Assembly: GCF_963921235.1 (NCBI RefSeq)
Contig: NC_086100.1
Location: 166,346,001-166,410,000, forward strand
DNA length: 64,000 bases
From: Mobula hypostoma
Taxonomy: Eukaryota
Direction: 5' to 3'
Shown here: positions 63,656-64,000 of the stretch, piece after piece
Position numbering within the stretch: position 1 is the first letter of the stretch
Layout: every line of letters begins with the position of its first letter
Position numbers and translations under genes: made by a program
Notes under the pieces: model-generated
Told to the model about the DNA's origin: nothing
The model's database searches: none
The model's input: only the letters and a program-made list of their open reading frames with translations

Positions 63656-64000
63656 ATTGTATTCTGGTATGACAATTCGAATATGCAGGAACACAAGAAG
63701 CTGCAAAGAGTTGAGGACTCTGCACAAAAAAGAAACATTCATCATCAAAAGATCCCTACCGTCCAGGCCATGCCATTGACTCACAGCTGCCATCAGAAGG
63801 GAGGTACAAAAGCCTGAAATTTCACAGCACCAGGGTCAAGAACAGCTGTTTCCCTTCAATCAGCCAGTACTTGAACTAACCAGCACAATGCTAATCACTA
63901 GAGTTTAGCAATACCAAGACCATTTCAATCACTATGCACTGAAATGAACTTCGTTTCTATTCTATTTGTGTAAATTAAGTATAAATTATATACAATTTTT
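63655..64000 (+). mobile_element. Rex/Babar-type 3' fragment, runs off the window
   Basis: WYDNSNMQEHKKLQRV; same family as 7490-7960. Confidence 0.72.

Overview
Vertebrate genomic DNA with no prokaryotic features. The repeat repertoire (CR1/HER1-type LINEs, V-SINEs, a SacSINE-like SINE, Penelope, Rex1/Babar) points to a cartilaginous fish, probably a ray; this is an inference. The only supportable host gene is a minus-strand TspanC8 tetraspanin of the TSPAN5/TSPAN17 group. Seven coding exons were read directly (32241-32291, 17526-17672, 16868-17038, 14330-14455, 12367-12414, 10332-10448, 5848-5913). All introns are GT-AG and phase 0, and the exons give 241 aa ending ...DIEAVKASW*. Exon 1 was not found, so 32292-64000 appears to be intron 1. 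Most remaining sequence is transposon debris: CR1, Rex1/Babar, L1, Tx1, L2, RTE, Penelope-like elements (PLE), a Gypsy element, solo LTRs, Tc1/Tigger MITEs and SINEs, often nested. Main items for a second look: (1) a minimal hammerhead ribozyme with an intact core (14879-14914) inside a TSD-flanked fold-back PLE insertion, plus many decayed copies; (2) perfect hairpins with 6-nt loops at LINE 5' truncation junctions; (3) a structured RTE 5' leader that is a ribozyme candidate; (4) a Gypsy element with ~95-bp LTRs; (5) a solo LTR carrying an antisense promoter cassette; (6) the mosaic TSPAN5/17 identity of the gene. TE boundaries are by-eye approximations unless TSDs or TIRs are quoted.
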